A DNA stretch of 63,904 nucleotides, the filler included, from Choristocarpus tenellus KU-1152 (Eukaryota > Protista > Phaeophyceae): assembly GCA_964200185.2 (NCBI GenBank). It is 9 parts of 9 records of this genome, joined end to end, with 100 filler letters (N's around TTAATTAATTAA, not from the genome) between each part and the next. Parts side by side here need not be neighbours in the genome. Positions count along the whole stretch, not along the records: positions 13,563 to 41,784 come from CAXNAD020000130.1; 8 more parts are not named here. The stretch is one strand, 5' to 3'. The position numbers and the translations under genes are program-made. The first letter of the stretch is position 1. Each line of letters begins with the position of its first letter. Under the pieces are notes generated by a model, which saw only the letters and a list, made by a program, of their open reading frames with translations, searched no databases and was not told the origin of the DNA. This document shows positions 25,846 to 38,646 of the stretch, piece after piece.

Positions 25846-28800
25846 TCACACACAGAGTAGGTGTCTCTCTTTGATCTCTGGTATCACAACCCCAGCCCAC
25901 AAGCTAGAACTTGCCCTTGAGCAAGCCCTGCTCTCCTGGAACCTGGCAAGAAATAACGGACGCTCTACAGTTTGCGACAGCGTCTTCTTGTATGCCATCA
26001 TTGGGCTTTGGTCAATGCCACCAAGATCCCAGATAGAGAAACCTGCAGAACGAAGGACCTGAACCAAGAGCATAACAACACCATAAATAATGTGCTTGAC
26101 GTTAGAGGAAGTGGGAATATACAGGTAGTGCATTCCCATTATTAGCTGGACACATTGTGCAAAGGAAAATTTTCCTTTATTATCTACACTTTCGATCTGA
26201 CCTAACACAAGACATACCATGAAGCATCGCCTCTTACCTCTGTTTCCACCAGAGCAAGGATGAAGCCAGGCTGTAGTCGCCTGTACTTGTTGTCATAGAA
26301 CCTTGGAAAGTGATAGGGCAGACTGGGTAAGAAACACATGTGATATTTCTTGTGACACAATGCGACTTTTCGATATATTCACTAAACATTGAGATAGGTC
26401 TATGTCCACAAAGTATATACAGTAGTAATTGTAAAAATAACAAACCATGTTGTCAAACCACAAATAAAAGCCAGAGAAAAGCTTGAAATGTGGCATTAAC
26501 AATGCCCGCACCTGGTAGCAACATAAAAGGACCCTCCCACTGCATTTCCAAAGTCTGCAGCAATCATTTCCTCTCCAAGCCACAGCTCAAAGCAGAAAAA
26601 GCTTCCTAAGCCCAATACCTGGCTTGACCCACCATCTCCTGAAGGCAAAGCCATCTCAGGCTTCGACTGTACAATTACCTCTGTCTTCTGTCCAGAACCA
26701 ACAGTACACTGGGCCCTCCCTGGTCCAACATTAGGGGGTTCAGTATTACTACCACGGGACATGAAGCACCAGAGGTCTTCTAGGGCAGGCCCGACCCATG
26801 CATCACTGTGGTGCTCTCGGAGCTTGGCAACTGCCAATCTTGTACAGACAAACACCACCAAACATTTGGAAGGGGTGGAAAGGGGGGAGAGACAGTTGAT
26901 AGTTTCACTGGTGGTATCCAGAGTGCAGTATTTTAGTATCATGGTAAGCATATTGATACATGGCACCAATCCAGCTCATTTTTTGCAACAAGCAATAGAT
27001 ACTGAGCACTCCAAATTACTCCAGGATACCAAGTACCTTAGGCATACCAGGGACCGAAATTAGCGAATAAGGTGTACTTCTAGATATAAAGGTTCACACC
27101 ATCCACTCCGAGAAACCAGACTGAAAGGAGTTGGAATACTGTTGGAGTGTGGTCAGTAACTATTGGATTGAACAGAGGTAACATAAGACATCTACTCCTG
27201 TGCTGTGTTATCTATGAACACAGAAGAACTTTTCAACCACCACAACAGTAGCTGGCTGTAGGCACAAAAAGTTCTACAGGACTACATGGAAACGCCAGCC
27301 CCACCTTATATCAGTGTTAATGCGAAGGGATAGCACCTCGCCTTTTCTTCCCTCTGCCACTGCAGCTGCTCGTTCCCTGCTCCTCAGGATCCTAGCAATG
27401 TCCTTATGCTTTGCCTTCAGTCTCTTGTGAGTATTAGACACATCCCCCACTCCCCTGTCTTGCTCACTTCCACCTCCATCTGGCCTGTCCTTTCCAACAG
27501 TGCAACGAGAAAATGCAGCACAAAATAATTAACACCCACAGGGAGGGGAGGTACACAATCAGTTGGTTCACATGCAACAGAGAGCAGTTGTCCGCAAAGT
27601 TTATAATTCCAATCCCTTCCAGGACTGGAAGATTCTTATGCCCTTAAGATTGGAGATAAATCAGAATCCGGATGCCTTCACACAGGTGCAGCAAGGGCCC
27701 TCCTCCATTTTTTCCAGTAAGAGGGTATACAGGCAAAAGTCTCCTCCCATGTCCCCGATATCTATGCCCCACCCATATATAGCAGTAATAACAACTGAAT
27801 CAGTCCATAGATATCAGCACTATCTAATAAAGAGTATCATGCAGGATCACTAGCCCTCACAGTCCCAGAACTTCCTCAAGTCAACCCAAAGTTGTATCCA
27901 CCTTAGCCAAATGACAGCCCTGTACAAGTCCATCAAAGGTATCACAGTTGCCTCCTCGCGGGTAGCCAGGTACCCAAACCCAACAGAAAGAAGACTATTG
28001 ACCAGCATGGCAGCCTCAGAGAGCTCTTCCTTTCCTCGTACCCCATCTGTTTGCTGACGAATGCGATACCCCAACATTGAACCCAATGATACCGTCCCCA
28101 TCAGCGTTTCCTGCAATTCACTAACAGCAAGACCAAAATGATCTCTGATGCTATCTTCACGTGCCCTCGCTCCTTGCTCTAATCCTGTTCCCTGCTGTTG
28201 CTGCTGCAAAGAAGCAGCACCATTGATAGGGAGAGCAAAAGACCAGCGAAGCCTTCCCATTGAAAGCTCTGCTCCCACTCCATTGAAGCCAAGGACCATC
28301 AGACGCATGCGCCCTGCACATGCCATAGTCCATACTTGTTGCATTGCCTCCCAGACGCAGTCCTCGAGCTTCTTTTTCCCACTATCCTCTCCAAAATTTC
28401 CACCAGATCTATGACAAGCACAGCTAAAATGGGGCGAACACCAGCAGGAACAATTCTCACCAAGGTTGAATAGCAAGGATGTTTGTGGGTTGTAGTTTAG
28501 TCATCAACATACATACATGTTCCCATTAAATGTAGAGCTCACAATTGAAAAGCACTGTACTATTGCACTTTTTTGAGTCAATCTATCATCAATCCATCTA
28601 CTCATGTACATGCCTAAGTGTAAGTTCACATGTTGCTGATTTGAGTCTTTCCAGGCTGCGAAGTTCACTGTCCTCAGGACCAAAGCGGGCTCCAAGGTAT
28701 TCCATGTAGCCACCCAAACAAACATCCACCTCCTCTAGTGCTAGCATGAGGGGACGTTTGTCCGAAGCCTGAGAAGTATATTTGCACCGGCAATTGTTTC

Positions 28801-31800
28801 TTTGTAAAAAAAAGAGGATCAGTGAGACCATTAAAGCCGTGTTTACACCAATCGAAAGCTGTGAAGGCATTTCGGTTTTGAGGTGTATGAAGTGGTACGA
28901 TACTCTCTGAACTCTTGACTTCTTAAAAATCCACAATAAAATGAATTGTGGAAGTCCTGTCCACCAGCTCACATCATGCTTGGCTCGGATGACACCTTTG
29001 GCAGCGTCTATGAGAGGCTTGGGTACAAGGCCTCCTATCCCTAACCCCATTTCATCCATGTCTGCAAACTGGAGCACATTGGCACAAAGTCGTCCCAACG
29101 CTGTGGCATCTTGGACATCCAATGCCTTTACACAATAGGCAACAGCACATCCACAGGAGAGGCAATAGATCAAGAGTTTATCGAAGGGGAAAGGCAAGGG
29201 AAGAGAGGACATGAAGGCACACTTAGCATCCTGAGTATGATTACCTAACACAAAAGCACGGCAAACTAGATGGGTGCAACAAGGTTCAAAGCACCATCCG
29301 AGCATCGAAAGTACCCACACAGATGCCATCAATACAAAGACTCAACAGAAATAAGCCACCAATATGGCTAATCTGTTGACCAGGAATGGCAGCAACAGAA
29401 CTCACATATCACAGACAAATAATCTTGGATTGAACAAAACACACTAATTAGAGAATAAACGTACTAGAAAGAGGAGGTCTGAAGGAGAAACATTTGCTTT
29501 GAGCACAATTACCACCAAAAATCTTGTTTATTATTAAAGCATGTGACAGACTCAAAGGCTCTTCTCATGTTAATGGTATATCAAGGACAGAAATAATGTA
29601 GTGCACAGCCTTCTCCCAGCAGTGCCACCTCCCTTAATAACTCTACTGATTCTGAAGCAGCTACTGTTTACAATATCACCAAAACTGTCATCAATCAGAT
29701 TTTGGAGGATTAATTACAAGAAAATATAAAAAGAGAGCTTTGACAGAAAACTACATTTTCACAAGACCCAGCATAAAGCAACCTCTTGAATCTACCGTAT
29801 TCTCTGTTCCAAGTCTCTCACCACACCCCCCAAACTCCAAGCTATCACTAGGACATCACCTTGGACAGCATGTCTTTCAGGCTGTTCACCATTGCCTCGA
29901 GACTGCCTGTCCCCATGCTGCGAATCATCATCCCAAATACATGGTTGGAAGCTCCCATTGTTAGCCTGAGAAAAGAGAGTGTGCACCTTCATTGTCACGC
30001 CAAGAACAAACTGTGCAGGAAGTAGGAGACAAGAGGTCACAGCACCTCCTCCAGTTAGGGAGAGAGATGTCTTGACTTACAAAAAAGGCTACAGTACTGT
30101 AGCCATGTCCACTTATTTCGCATAATTTACTACTTTGACCTGCAGTAGAGCACAAACTATAACAGACCTTACACCGCTTTGTCACAAAAACTTGAACAAC
30201 TAATACAAGTACCTCAGATCATCCTCTACTGCAACAACCATGTTCAATAGCGCTGTTTCCAGGTCTCGGGTCCATCTGATGCCACTGGGGTCAGGACGTT
30301 CACTCTCTGTTGCACTCTCATTCAAATGCTCATTGCCCAGGCCATCTGGGGTTGAGTCAGGCAGAGTTGTGCGAACAGATCCATAGCCCCAGATGAATGA
30401 ATCCATAGCGGCATTCAGAGCACGGGCCAATCTATATGAAGGAGAGGATGACAGCAACTCAATCCTTAGTGTGTAAGAGGAATAGAGAACGTCGCAGAGT
30501 CAGGGGAGGCAAGGACAAGAGTAGAGGTTTGGTCCGATTGCTAAGAAGATGTCAATTTCAAATAAGAGTCACAAGTTGATTGGACATTCCTAGTTTTCCA
30601 CAGATTATAACATCAGATACTGCATATAAACTACACTATCCTGAATCAATTGAATGTTTGGCCTTATTGACCCAGATGGCACCAAGGCTCATCATATACA
30701 AGAGCCTCGATTTAAATTAAGACCAAAACAGTATTACATAATAGGCAATATATGAGGTGGTGTTGGGGACTTACCAGGCCTCAGTCACCGATAATCGACT
30801 ATGTTCCTGCTTCCTTGTGGAGGTCTTGCAGTTGCCCTTGGGTCCTCCCTTGCCCTTGCCCTTGCCCTTGCCCTTACCCCTGCCTTTGTCTTTTGTGCTC
30901 AAGGTGCAATTCCTCGCTTCTGTTTTGTCCATGGTCCCATCTCCCTTACCCCCTCCATTATATGGGATATCTGAAAACGACCCTTTCTCAACCTCACCAC
31001 AACTTGCACAACCATCAAAAGGCTTCAGGCGAGGAGTCCTGTTCGGTAGGATTACCGCAGCATTCTCAGCTTTGGGAGGATCCTGCGGAGATTTTGTGCG
31101 TAGTTCACAAGGGTTAGAATGGTTGCACCAGTTGGGGGGAGCTATCAAGCATCGCTTCAAGCAGCTCAAACCTGCACGTGCAAAGAAAGGGACTGAGAAC
31201 AAGCAATCTGGTTGGTGTTTATACACAACAATACAATCACTGCGCAAGTGCAAGCACACCATTTGGTTAAGTGAGAAGCAGTCAACCGAATCGGGTTCTT
31301 CGCGACACACTGGATTCGAATACAATGGTGTATGCACCTCATGCTCATTGACATTTGTACACAGTAAGTAACACTACCAAAGGCCATACATTCTACATGA
31401 GAGTCAAGGTTCAATTTTCCAGGAATAGACCCTTACCTGGGCTCGAAAGACTGCTCGGACAGTGTACATCCCAAACGTGTCAAGTTGGAAGCAACAACGA
31501 CATGTAAAATTCGATATCACCGTCCTTAAGCCCGAGTTCACTGGCGATTGGACCTCCAGATGAAGGAACGGTTCTTCACCGATAAATACAGCAACATCAC
31601 CCCGTCGCACCTTTACCAACAAGGAGTAGACACTGTCAATCTAGGGCTACACATGCTGCAAGTGTAGGATAGGTCGAGGCAGACGTGTGTGTTGTCGAGG
31701 CACTTAGGGGCTGGTGCTGGCCTTAACAAGTGACTGACCTCCTCAACATGAGTAGAGATGCCCCCTCTTGCCAAATGAAAGATCCTTATGTTTACTCCCT

Positions 31801-31969
31801 CCGACAGCTCCTCCACCAGCTGCTGGGTTACTTGGCCATTGGTTGAAGCAAGTAAGCACAATGCCATCTCAAGCTCAACCCCAAGGACTTGGTGGAGCTC
31901 TTCAACAACCTCTAGGTCCAGCATCTCCTCCTCCTCCTTCTCCGCCTCCAAGTCATCTTCTCCCTCCAT
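25846..31969 (-). CDS. Multi-domain protein with C-terminal Leu/Phe-tRNA-protein transferase (Aat/ATEL1)-like domain; approximate exons 31969-31739, 31610-31437, 31337-30775, 30464-30213, 29965-29860, 29125-28973, 28768-~28615, 28408-27902, 27484-27305, 26838-26512, 26301-26238, 26058-25846
   Basis: Phase-consistent splicing gives LLSVGFGYLA..VIPLMDLYRAVIWL..KHKDIARILR..LRINTDIRLAVAKLREHHSDAWV..FELWLGEEMIAADFGNAVGGSFYVATRF..LRSAGFSIWDLGG..YKKTLSQTVERPLFLARF, the motif order of the WDLG-type L/F transferases. Confidence 0.72.
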
Positions 31970-34801
31970 TAATTCTTACACCTCTAGTTCCTAGATACGA
32001 CTAAAATCTTTGCTCTTTGTGGTTCCTCACACTTCCTGAACTTGACATTATGTACTTGAACGCGATGTTGGTTTGATGTTCGTCAACACGAAAGAAATCG
32101 AGAGATGATTTAGTCATGTCAACTTCATCTGATCTGCCCACATATAAAACTCTATTATTATTAATGGGGGAAGAGAAGGTTATTATGATTTCATACAAAA
32201 TCAAATTGGACATTTATTAATTTTTTGGAGCATTTCTCATGACAGAATAAGGGAGTTGTTTGTCATTGTCACATCTGTAAATATCTAAATTAGATCGCAT
32301 TCTTGAATTCTTGAATATATCAATTTTTCTACTTGTACCAATAATAATCATTCTCAGTAATCTAAACATACAAAGAGGTAAGACTGGACCTTCAAAACAC
32401 ATCCATCGACAATTGTTTCTCTGTTTCGATTAAATCGCGACCTACACGATGATAGGATTCAATAGGAAAGATTCAAACATGATTCACAATTATACAAATA
32501 GGTAGGAATGTTTTGATTTGGAAATCTGGTATATAACTCACTCCCATCGAGGATATTGTCAAACCGATTTCATCATCGTAACTAGGGTATTCTAATAATT
32601 GTTCAGTTCAAACATCACATTAAAGTGACAATATTTGTGGTTTGGGCAAAGCACTCGGTCATTGACAGACGAGGAACTTCTGAGGTCTTCCAACAAATCT
32701 AAGACTTGTGCATTTGGATGAGATACAGTTTCTCATCTGCATGGACGATCAGAAGCACTACTTCAATGATTGATTGCCACGAGTCTTCTTGCCCACAAGA
32801 TACAGCGAAAGGGCCACATTACCTATTGTCCCAATACTTCGCGGTACATTTCTTCCAAGTCCAAATGAACATTATATTTTACCCAAACGTAGTATATGTG
32901 CAAAGAGAACCTTGCAGGTGATCACGTTCAGGGAAGAGCTGGATGGGAGAACGGACTTGCCTATAGATATTGTGTTCACCTTGCATTATTTAGTAAACCC
33001 CTGGAAAAATACCAGGTTGTCAAGTGCGGGTTTCCCCCTATACATTGTAAATGCCTCTACACCATCGGGATATAGCTTTCTCGTTAATAACCAGCTACTT
33101 TGTACAACTCATCTTGTCCAGAAGCAATTGCCAAAGAACAAACAAGCAACCTTCGCGCTATCATACTCATAACAACACCTCCAAGCCTCATAAAATTTTA
33201 TCCTTGCACTTGGCGTATTCCTCAGTGCACTGTTAATAGTTTAGCATTAACTGTCCCTAAATACCCAGGATGCCTTCTCACTATACAGTATACTGTGTGA
33301 TACTACATACATGGCATTGGTGATACGTCCTTTTCCGAAACACAATAGGAAGAGGGGCGGAGGGTTGAGCAGAAAGGGATGGGTAAAATAATGTTTTAGA
33401 CGAATTATTTCAGAGACTGCTGAACTGGTCATCTCCAAAACACTTCTGAGCTTTAAATTAGAGACTCCAGTTCGACGGGTTAGGAGAGGATCGACATATC
33501 TTCTCTTAATTATCGTCCACTACAATGGTCAGTTTAGGAGTGCTGCTTTTTTTATTTTCTTGTTCTCCAATTGTTTTGATAGAATACCTCTATGATAGTT
33601 GGTGCAGTATATAATATAATGCAGTCCTTTCTGTGGTTAAGTCATATTCCTCACGTTATCTTTTCTCTTTTCCAGTCTTATATTTCTACGATGTTCTGTT
33701 GCCCTCGCCCCCCTATATTTTTTTTGTTTTTCCTACATGACAAATCCCTCCAATATATCAGTGGGCAGAATATTAAATCCAGTAGTAAAGGTTGTGATTT
33801 CTTGGACAGTGGCCGTTGTGTTACACAGACAGGATGCTCATCATAGAGTTACTTCTAGTCGTCCTTACAGATTAAAATCTGCCTTTCATCCACATTCACG
33901 AAGTATTCGAAATGGTGGAACCTCGTCCAGCCTCCAGTCTCTAGGTGACCCGGAGAGTTGCCCTTGTTATCCTTTGTAACCTGCACTCATCATTAAGGAA
34001 TGTGTTAAGATAGGTTGAAGAGGACGCCTTAAAATCAAGCTTGATCGTGTTGTTATGGAGAGTGAAGAGTGGGATGCCCAACTGAGTCGCCATCGTGGGA
34101 ATCATCGCCGGGCATCTGGTTAGGTCGATCACGTTGATATCTTTGATGCAGCAGAATTCCCCCTCTCTCTGCCGTATACCACTACTGTTGTGCAGATCCA
34201 TAACACCAGCATTCTTTGGGTCTTGTCGACCTTCCAAAGCCTTAAAATTATCAGAATATTACTCTGAAACACTTCATCAGTTCACTTAAAGTCGCCATGG
34301 ATGCAGGAGTCATAATTGTTAGTTTGAAGCACTTCTGGAATCGGCCCTCTTTCAAGTGCCGTAAGATTCGTTCCTTTGATAATCCTGGATATAAGTGGTG
34401 TGTGTGTGTAGTGAGAGTGATCAGACTGGATTTGAAATTGAGGTCTTCGTTTCACCTTTCTCTGTAGTGGTACACCTTCTCAACACTACAAACATCGCTT
34501 TGAATAACATATTTGAACCGACCAATGAAAGTGTGGTCTACACGATAGTGAGATCGGTTTTTGAAATGTTGAGGGAATGATATACGATATAATGTATGTC
34601 CCAACCTAAAGAATACTTCAATATTTCTAGAGGTATCAATAACACGAAATAGAGGAAATCGTTCATTGTTCACTACCTCCAACCCCCACCCATCGCACAG
34701 GCAACCGCTCACAGGCCGCCGGCCACAGGTAACACCCCACAGCCACAGCTCCTTAACGGATACGACAGCAGTTTCTGTACCTCATCAAGACAGTTGCCGA
34801 T

Positions 34802-37609
34802 ATGCTGACAGGGGGAAACTTCCTTCTTCTAAAGCTTCAAGGCTTGGGTCTGGAGGTATATCTAACATGATAGAGAGGGGGGTAATTTGCGTTGTTAAAT
34901 GAAAGATGGGGGTAATGGATGGACCTTCAAGTGGGGATCATGCGGCTAGGCAATGACTAGTTGTGAGGGACTGGAAATTTGGAGATTCACTCACTTCAAT
35001 TACCACACAGGTTATACCCACCTGTGATGGTGGATATTTCATGACGCCGGATGCACTGGAGCAAGAAATATTTGAGGATCTGCAAACTGCCGGAGGGAGG
35101 ATAGCGTGCACAGCCCTTTCTATTTCAAAGGTGAGGAGGATATATTCCCACGAGCTGTTCACATCGCCCAGAATGTGAGTATTATGGAGGAGGTGGAGAT
35201 GACAGACCCCTTGTTCAGTAAACGAATATTCGGTGATCGATATTCATTGGTCAGATTCCACCCACCAGAATAGTGGTTTTCTCCGCTAGGATGCCATTCC
35301 CTCTTTAACATATTGTCAGAAATCCTCTAGGCGGAGTTTTATCGTGGTTTGCGTATTGGATCAGTACCATGTTTGTCCCTGGTGTCTCATTCTAGTTGTC
35401 TCATATAATGTCGCGCAAACTCCGTATTTCAGAGGTCTGTTGCATCCTCCTGAACCAAACTGCGCGGCAGACATGAGTTGTTGCTCTAAGGATGCAGCTG
35501 GTAATTGGTTGAGATGAAATCTTCAAAGTATTCAATAAATATCTCCATGACCCCCCTCTTCTTATGTTTTGTGCAGTGTGACGGAGGTGTTAGCAATGCA
35601 GATCTAGAGGCAGCAATGGACCGCATTGTGGCATCCAGCCCATTGGTGCATTTGGTCCGAAGTAAGGGCCAGCTTGCTGAGCTGCTTACAGAGGGGTACC
35701 TGGATCAGCTGGCTAGAAAAGCAGAGGATTTGATTCATGCTGAAGGGCACATACTGATCAGCAACTTAGCACCTCTGTTTAATCTTCCTCTAGAGGTGTG
35801 CGTGTGTGTGTGTGTTTGTGTTTGTTCTGCCTTGACTTAACCTTTTCAAAATGGACCTCTGTGTCAAGTTTGTTCATTGACCTTATCAAGAACACTGTAA
35901 TGTCTTCTCTCTTTCAAAGTAATGGACATGGTGGGTTCTATTGAATTTCCTGGTTTGCAATCTATTCTACAAATTGCTCGTCTCATGAAAGTGGGAATGC
36001 TTGCTGTATGACAGTAGCATAGCGATGTACTTGAAGTATATATTTTTGTGTTACTGGAAGGCAATGGAAAAATGTGTTGCAGAATGTGCATGTGCCATAT
36101 TATGTAGAATAGCATATACACACCTCTCATGGTGATCGAAACAAGTGTCTTGTGGTTGAGAAATCTATTCATATGTTAACTATTTATGGAAGAGATACCT
36201 CCTTCTGGCTGGAACTTTCAGGAAGTTGAATGATACTTCTGTGGACCACTTGCATGTGGTTATGATATTGTACAACTCGTTGCATACCGTGAAACAGGCA
36301 AGATTTCTCTTTTATGCTAGAATGTAATAGTCAACACTTGTGCTCTTGATCTTTATGCACTCTAGGCCCAGAGGGTTCAGAGTTCATGTTTTGACATCAC
36401 ATATGGTCTACTTCAATGTTCTTTTCTTGGCTTGCAACTCCCTATGTGACCAGTAGAATATTCATCCACTGCATCATATGTTAGATTCCAGAGGGTGAGT
36501 GTGTGTACAGTCAATGTGGTCATTCTAAGGGTACCAAAGAGGATTACTACATGGTTCAGTGTGTGTTGCACTTTGGACTATGGTGTGAACTGCGCATGAG
36601 TAAAAGAGGTGCTAGAACAGATATATTTTGCTACTGCTGCAATCTCAATTTTGTTCCAGTTGCAGAGTGGCCGATCTGACTATGTACCTTCCAGGTGGTG
36701 TGTTCTTCTTGCATGAGGTGGAACGTATAGTTCACATTTCCTCCACGGCAGTTTTTTTCTCATTCTTGTCATTATGTGCTTTCAGTTTTTATTTCACTTT
36801 GGCAAAGGGTGAATGAATTCCTTGCAAAGTCTGTCACATTTTTGAACGTCAAAGTATACTCTTAGCCCTCCCCCCTCCGTTCGCCCCTTCCCCCCCCCTC
36901 CGTTCACCCCCTGTCTACTCTCCTCTGACTCAATCCATTCATAACTTGACAATGAGCAGTTTACGAAGAGCTTTATTGAAGCCCGAGTGGTTGGGCCCAA
37001 GGGGAGAGTGATGAGTAATGTGTCCATGAGGAGGGGAATACTGGTATCTGACTCTGAGGATATCAGGCTGAGGAACAAGGTGAGAAATGCCAAGTATTCA
37101 CTATGATATATCAGTGGCAGTTCCCAAGTTTTTGTGCATATCTCGAAGGTGTTTGGTGTTTCTTATGTTGTGGAAGATGGAGAAAGTGATGGTGTTGGAA
37201 TATGATGTCTTTTTAACCTTGGTTGCATGATTTGATTAACATTATTTACACAAGACTCTGATATTCAATGGCAACTCACAGATTTTGAGCTCTGCCTCTG
37301 GGACTAGCTCTTTTCTTGTTTGGTAGTTTCCATTCTCCTATGAAGTAGCTTGGTGTTCAAAAAATGTTGGCTGCGTATAGAGCAATGAGGGCCTTCACCT
37401 TTACTGCTGTTGTTGATGTGCAAAACTGCTGCTGTGTGCGTACCTAGAACTCTTCCTCATGCATGTGAATCATCTTTGATGTTCAGTTGTGTGAGCTGTG
37501 TGAGGAGGTGAAAGAGCCAATACCGCTGTTATCCCTCTCACGGTCCTGTGGAGGAGATGAGGAGGGCATGGTAGGCCTCATCAGTGACTCTGTCAGGGAC
37601 CTCACACAG
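34802..37609 (+). CDS. UFL1: E3 UFM1-protein ligase 1 (UFL1)-like N-terminal winged-helix region; exons 34802-34855, 35011-35130, 35577-35795, 36960-37079, 37487-37609; 3' partial
   Basis: KLQGLGLEVIPTCDGGYFMTPDALEQEIFEDLQTAGGRI and ELLTEGYLDQLA...AEGHILISNLAPLFNLPLEF match UFL1 T.DG..Y.TP..L..EI..L..GGR and YLD.LA...G.V.ISEL...YDLP. Confidence 0.7.
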
Positions 37610-38646
37610 GTGACAAGCCAATGCTTCACACAAATCTCATGTCTCTCCAGGAAAATGTATCAAGACATTTGCTAAGAACTGTATGTAATGCTACGGGAAA
37701 TATATTTGGTGCTTGTACTCTTTATTACACACACACACACACACCACACAAGTCTTCCTTTGTCCAACACCTTACTCTGTGCTGTTTCTATTCTCTGGGG
37801 AGGGGGCCTCTATTCTCCCCCTGAGCTGATGTTTCCTTTTGCTCTGTATTGTCGAAAAGCTCTGGAATATAAGAAAACCGTTCAGCAATTGCTGATTGAT
37901 GTGGGACAAGCACCTGTGTATATTTATTTTCCCCTCCTGGGACTGAAGACGTGTGCCCTTGTACCCTTTTCCATTCTTTTTCCTTTCTTGATCCAGAACA
38001 ATGGAGAAATATTGCCACTCTTGGTTGATGGATTTGCCAGTTTGCTTTTCCACCACATTGCACTGATTGTCAGTTTCAATATCAGACCTCTCTACATTGA
38101 ACATAGTGGAGTTGGTGCAAGTGTGAGTTGTCAGTGTAGTAGGAATGATGTACTTAGGCATGAGCAAAAGGGTTGTGCTCGTGAAGGTGTTGACTTGAAC
38201 TGAGTCATGCTCTTCATTCTTTTTGTGGGAGAAATAGTGTTTTGATTAATGTTGATATAAAGATTCACACAAGTGGATTGGTTTCAACAGTATTTTCCCA
38301 AAGGAGTAGATCACATGACGTTTTTAGTATTGCTGAAACTAATAGAACAATTAGAAAAATATTTCTCACCATTTTGTTTTTTACAGTAAGGGTGGAACTA
38401 GGTCAAAATTTATTCCTCTTAGAACACCTTGCACAGGCTTTTTTTTAATGTGGGTAGGAAAATGTTTCTAGTCTCCAGTGACACTCCAATAAAACATGCT
38501 GATTTTGAAAGTCCCTTTCATGCCGAATCTCATGAAGTAGTAGCTCGCATGGTGATGCTGAAAGTCTACTTGTGCACCCTCACATACAGTTTTTCATTAC
38601 CTGAATAGCTCTAGAGATTTGGGGCTCGGAAAAAAGAGAAATTGCT

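Noticed and set aside
27045-27080. Mini-exon creating an in-frame TGA (possible selenocysteine) in the L/F-transferase-like gene
   Set aside because: Using the donor at 27305 gives a stop-free join (LRINTDIR/LAVAK) that fits the family motif better
31120-31510. SWIM zinc finger in the N-terminus of the L/F-transferase-like protein
   Set aside because: CxC to CxH spacing is far longer than typical and the exon structure there is ambiguous; recorded only as Cys-rich
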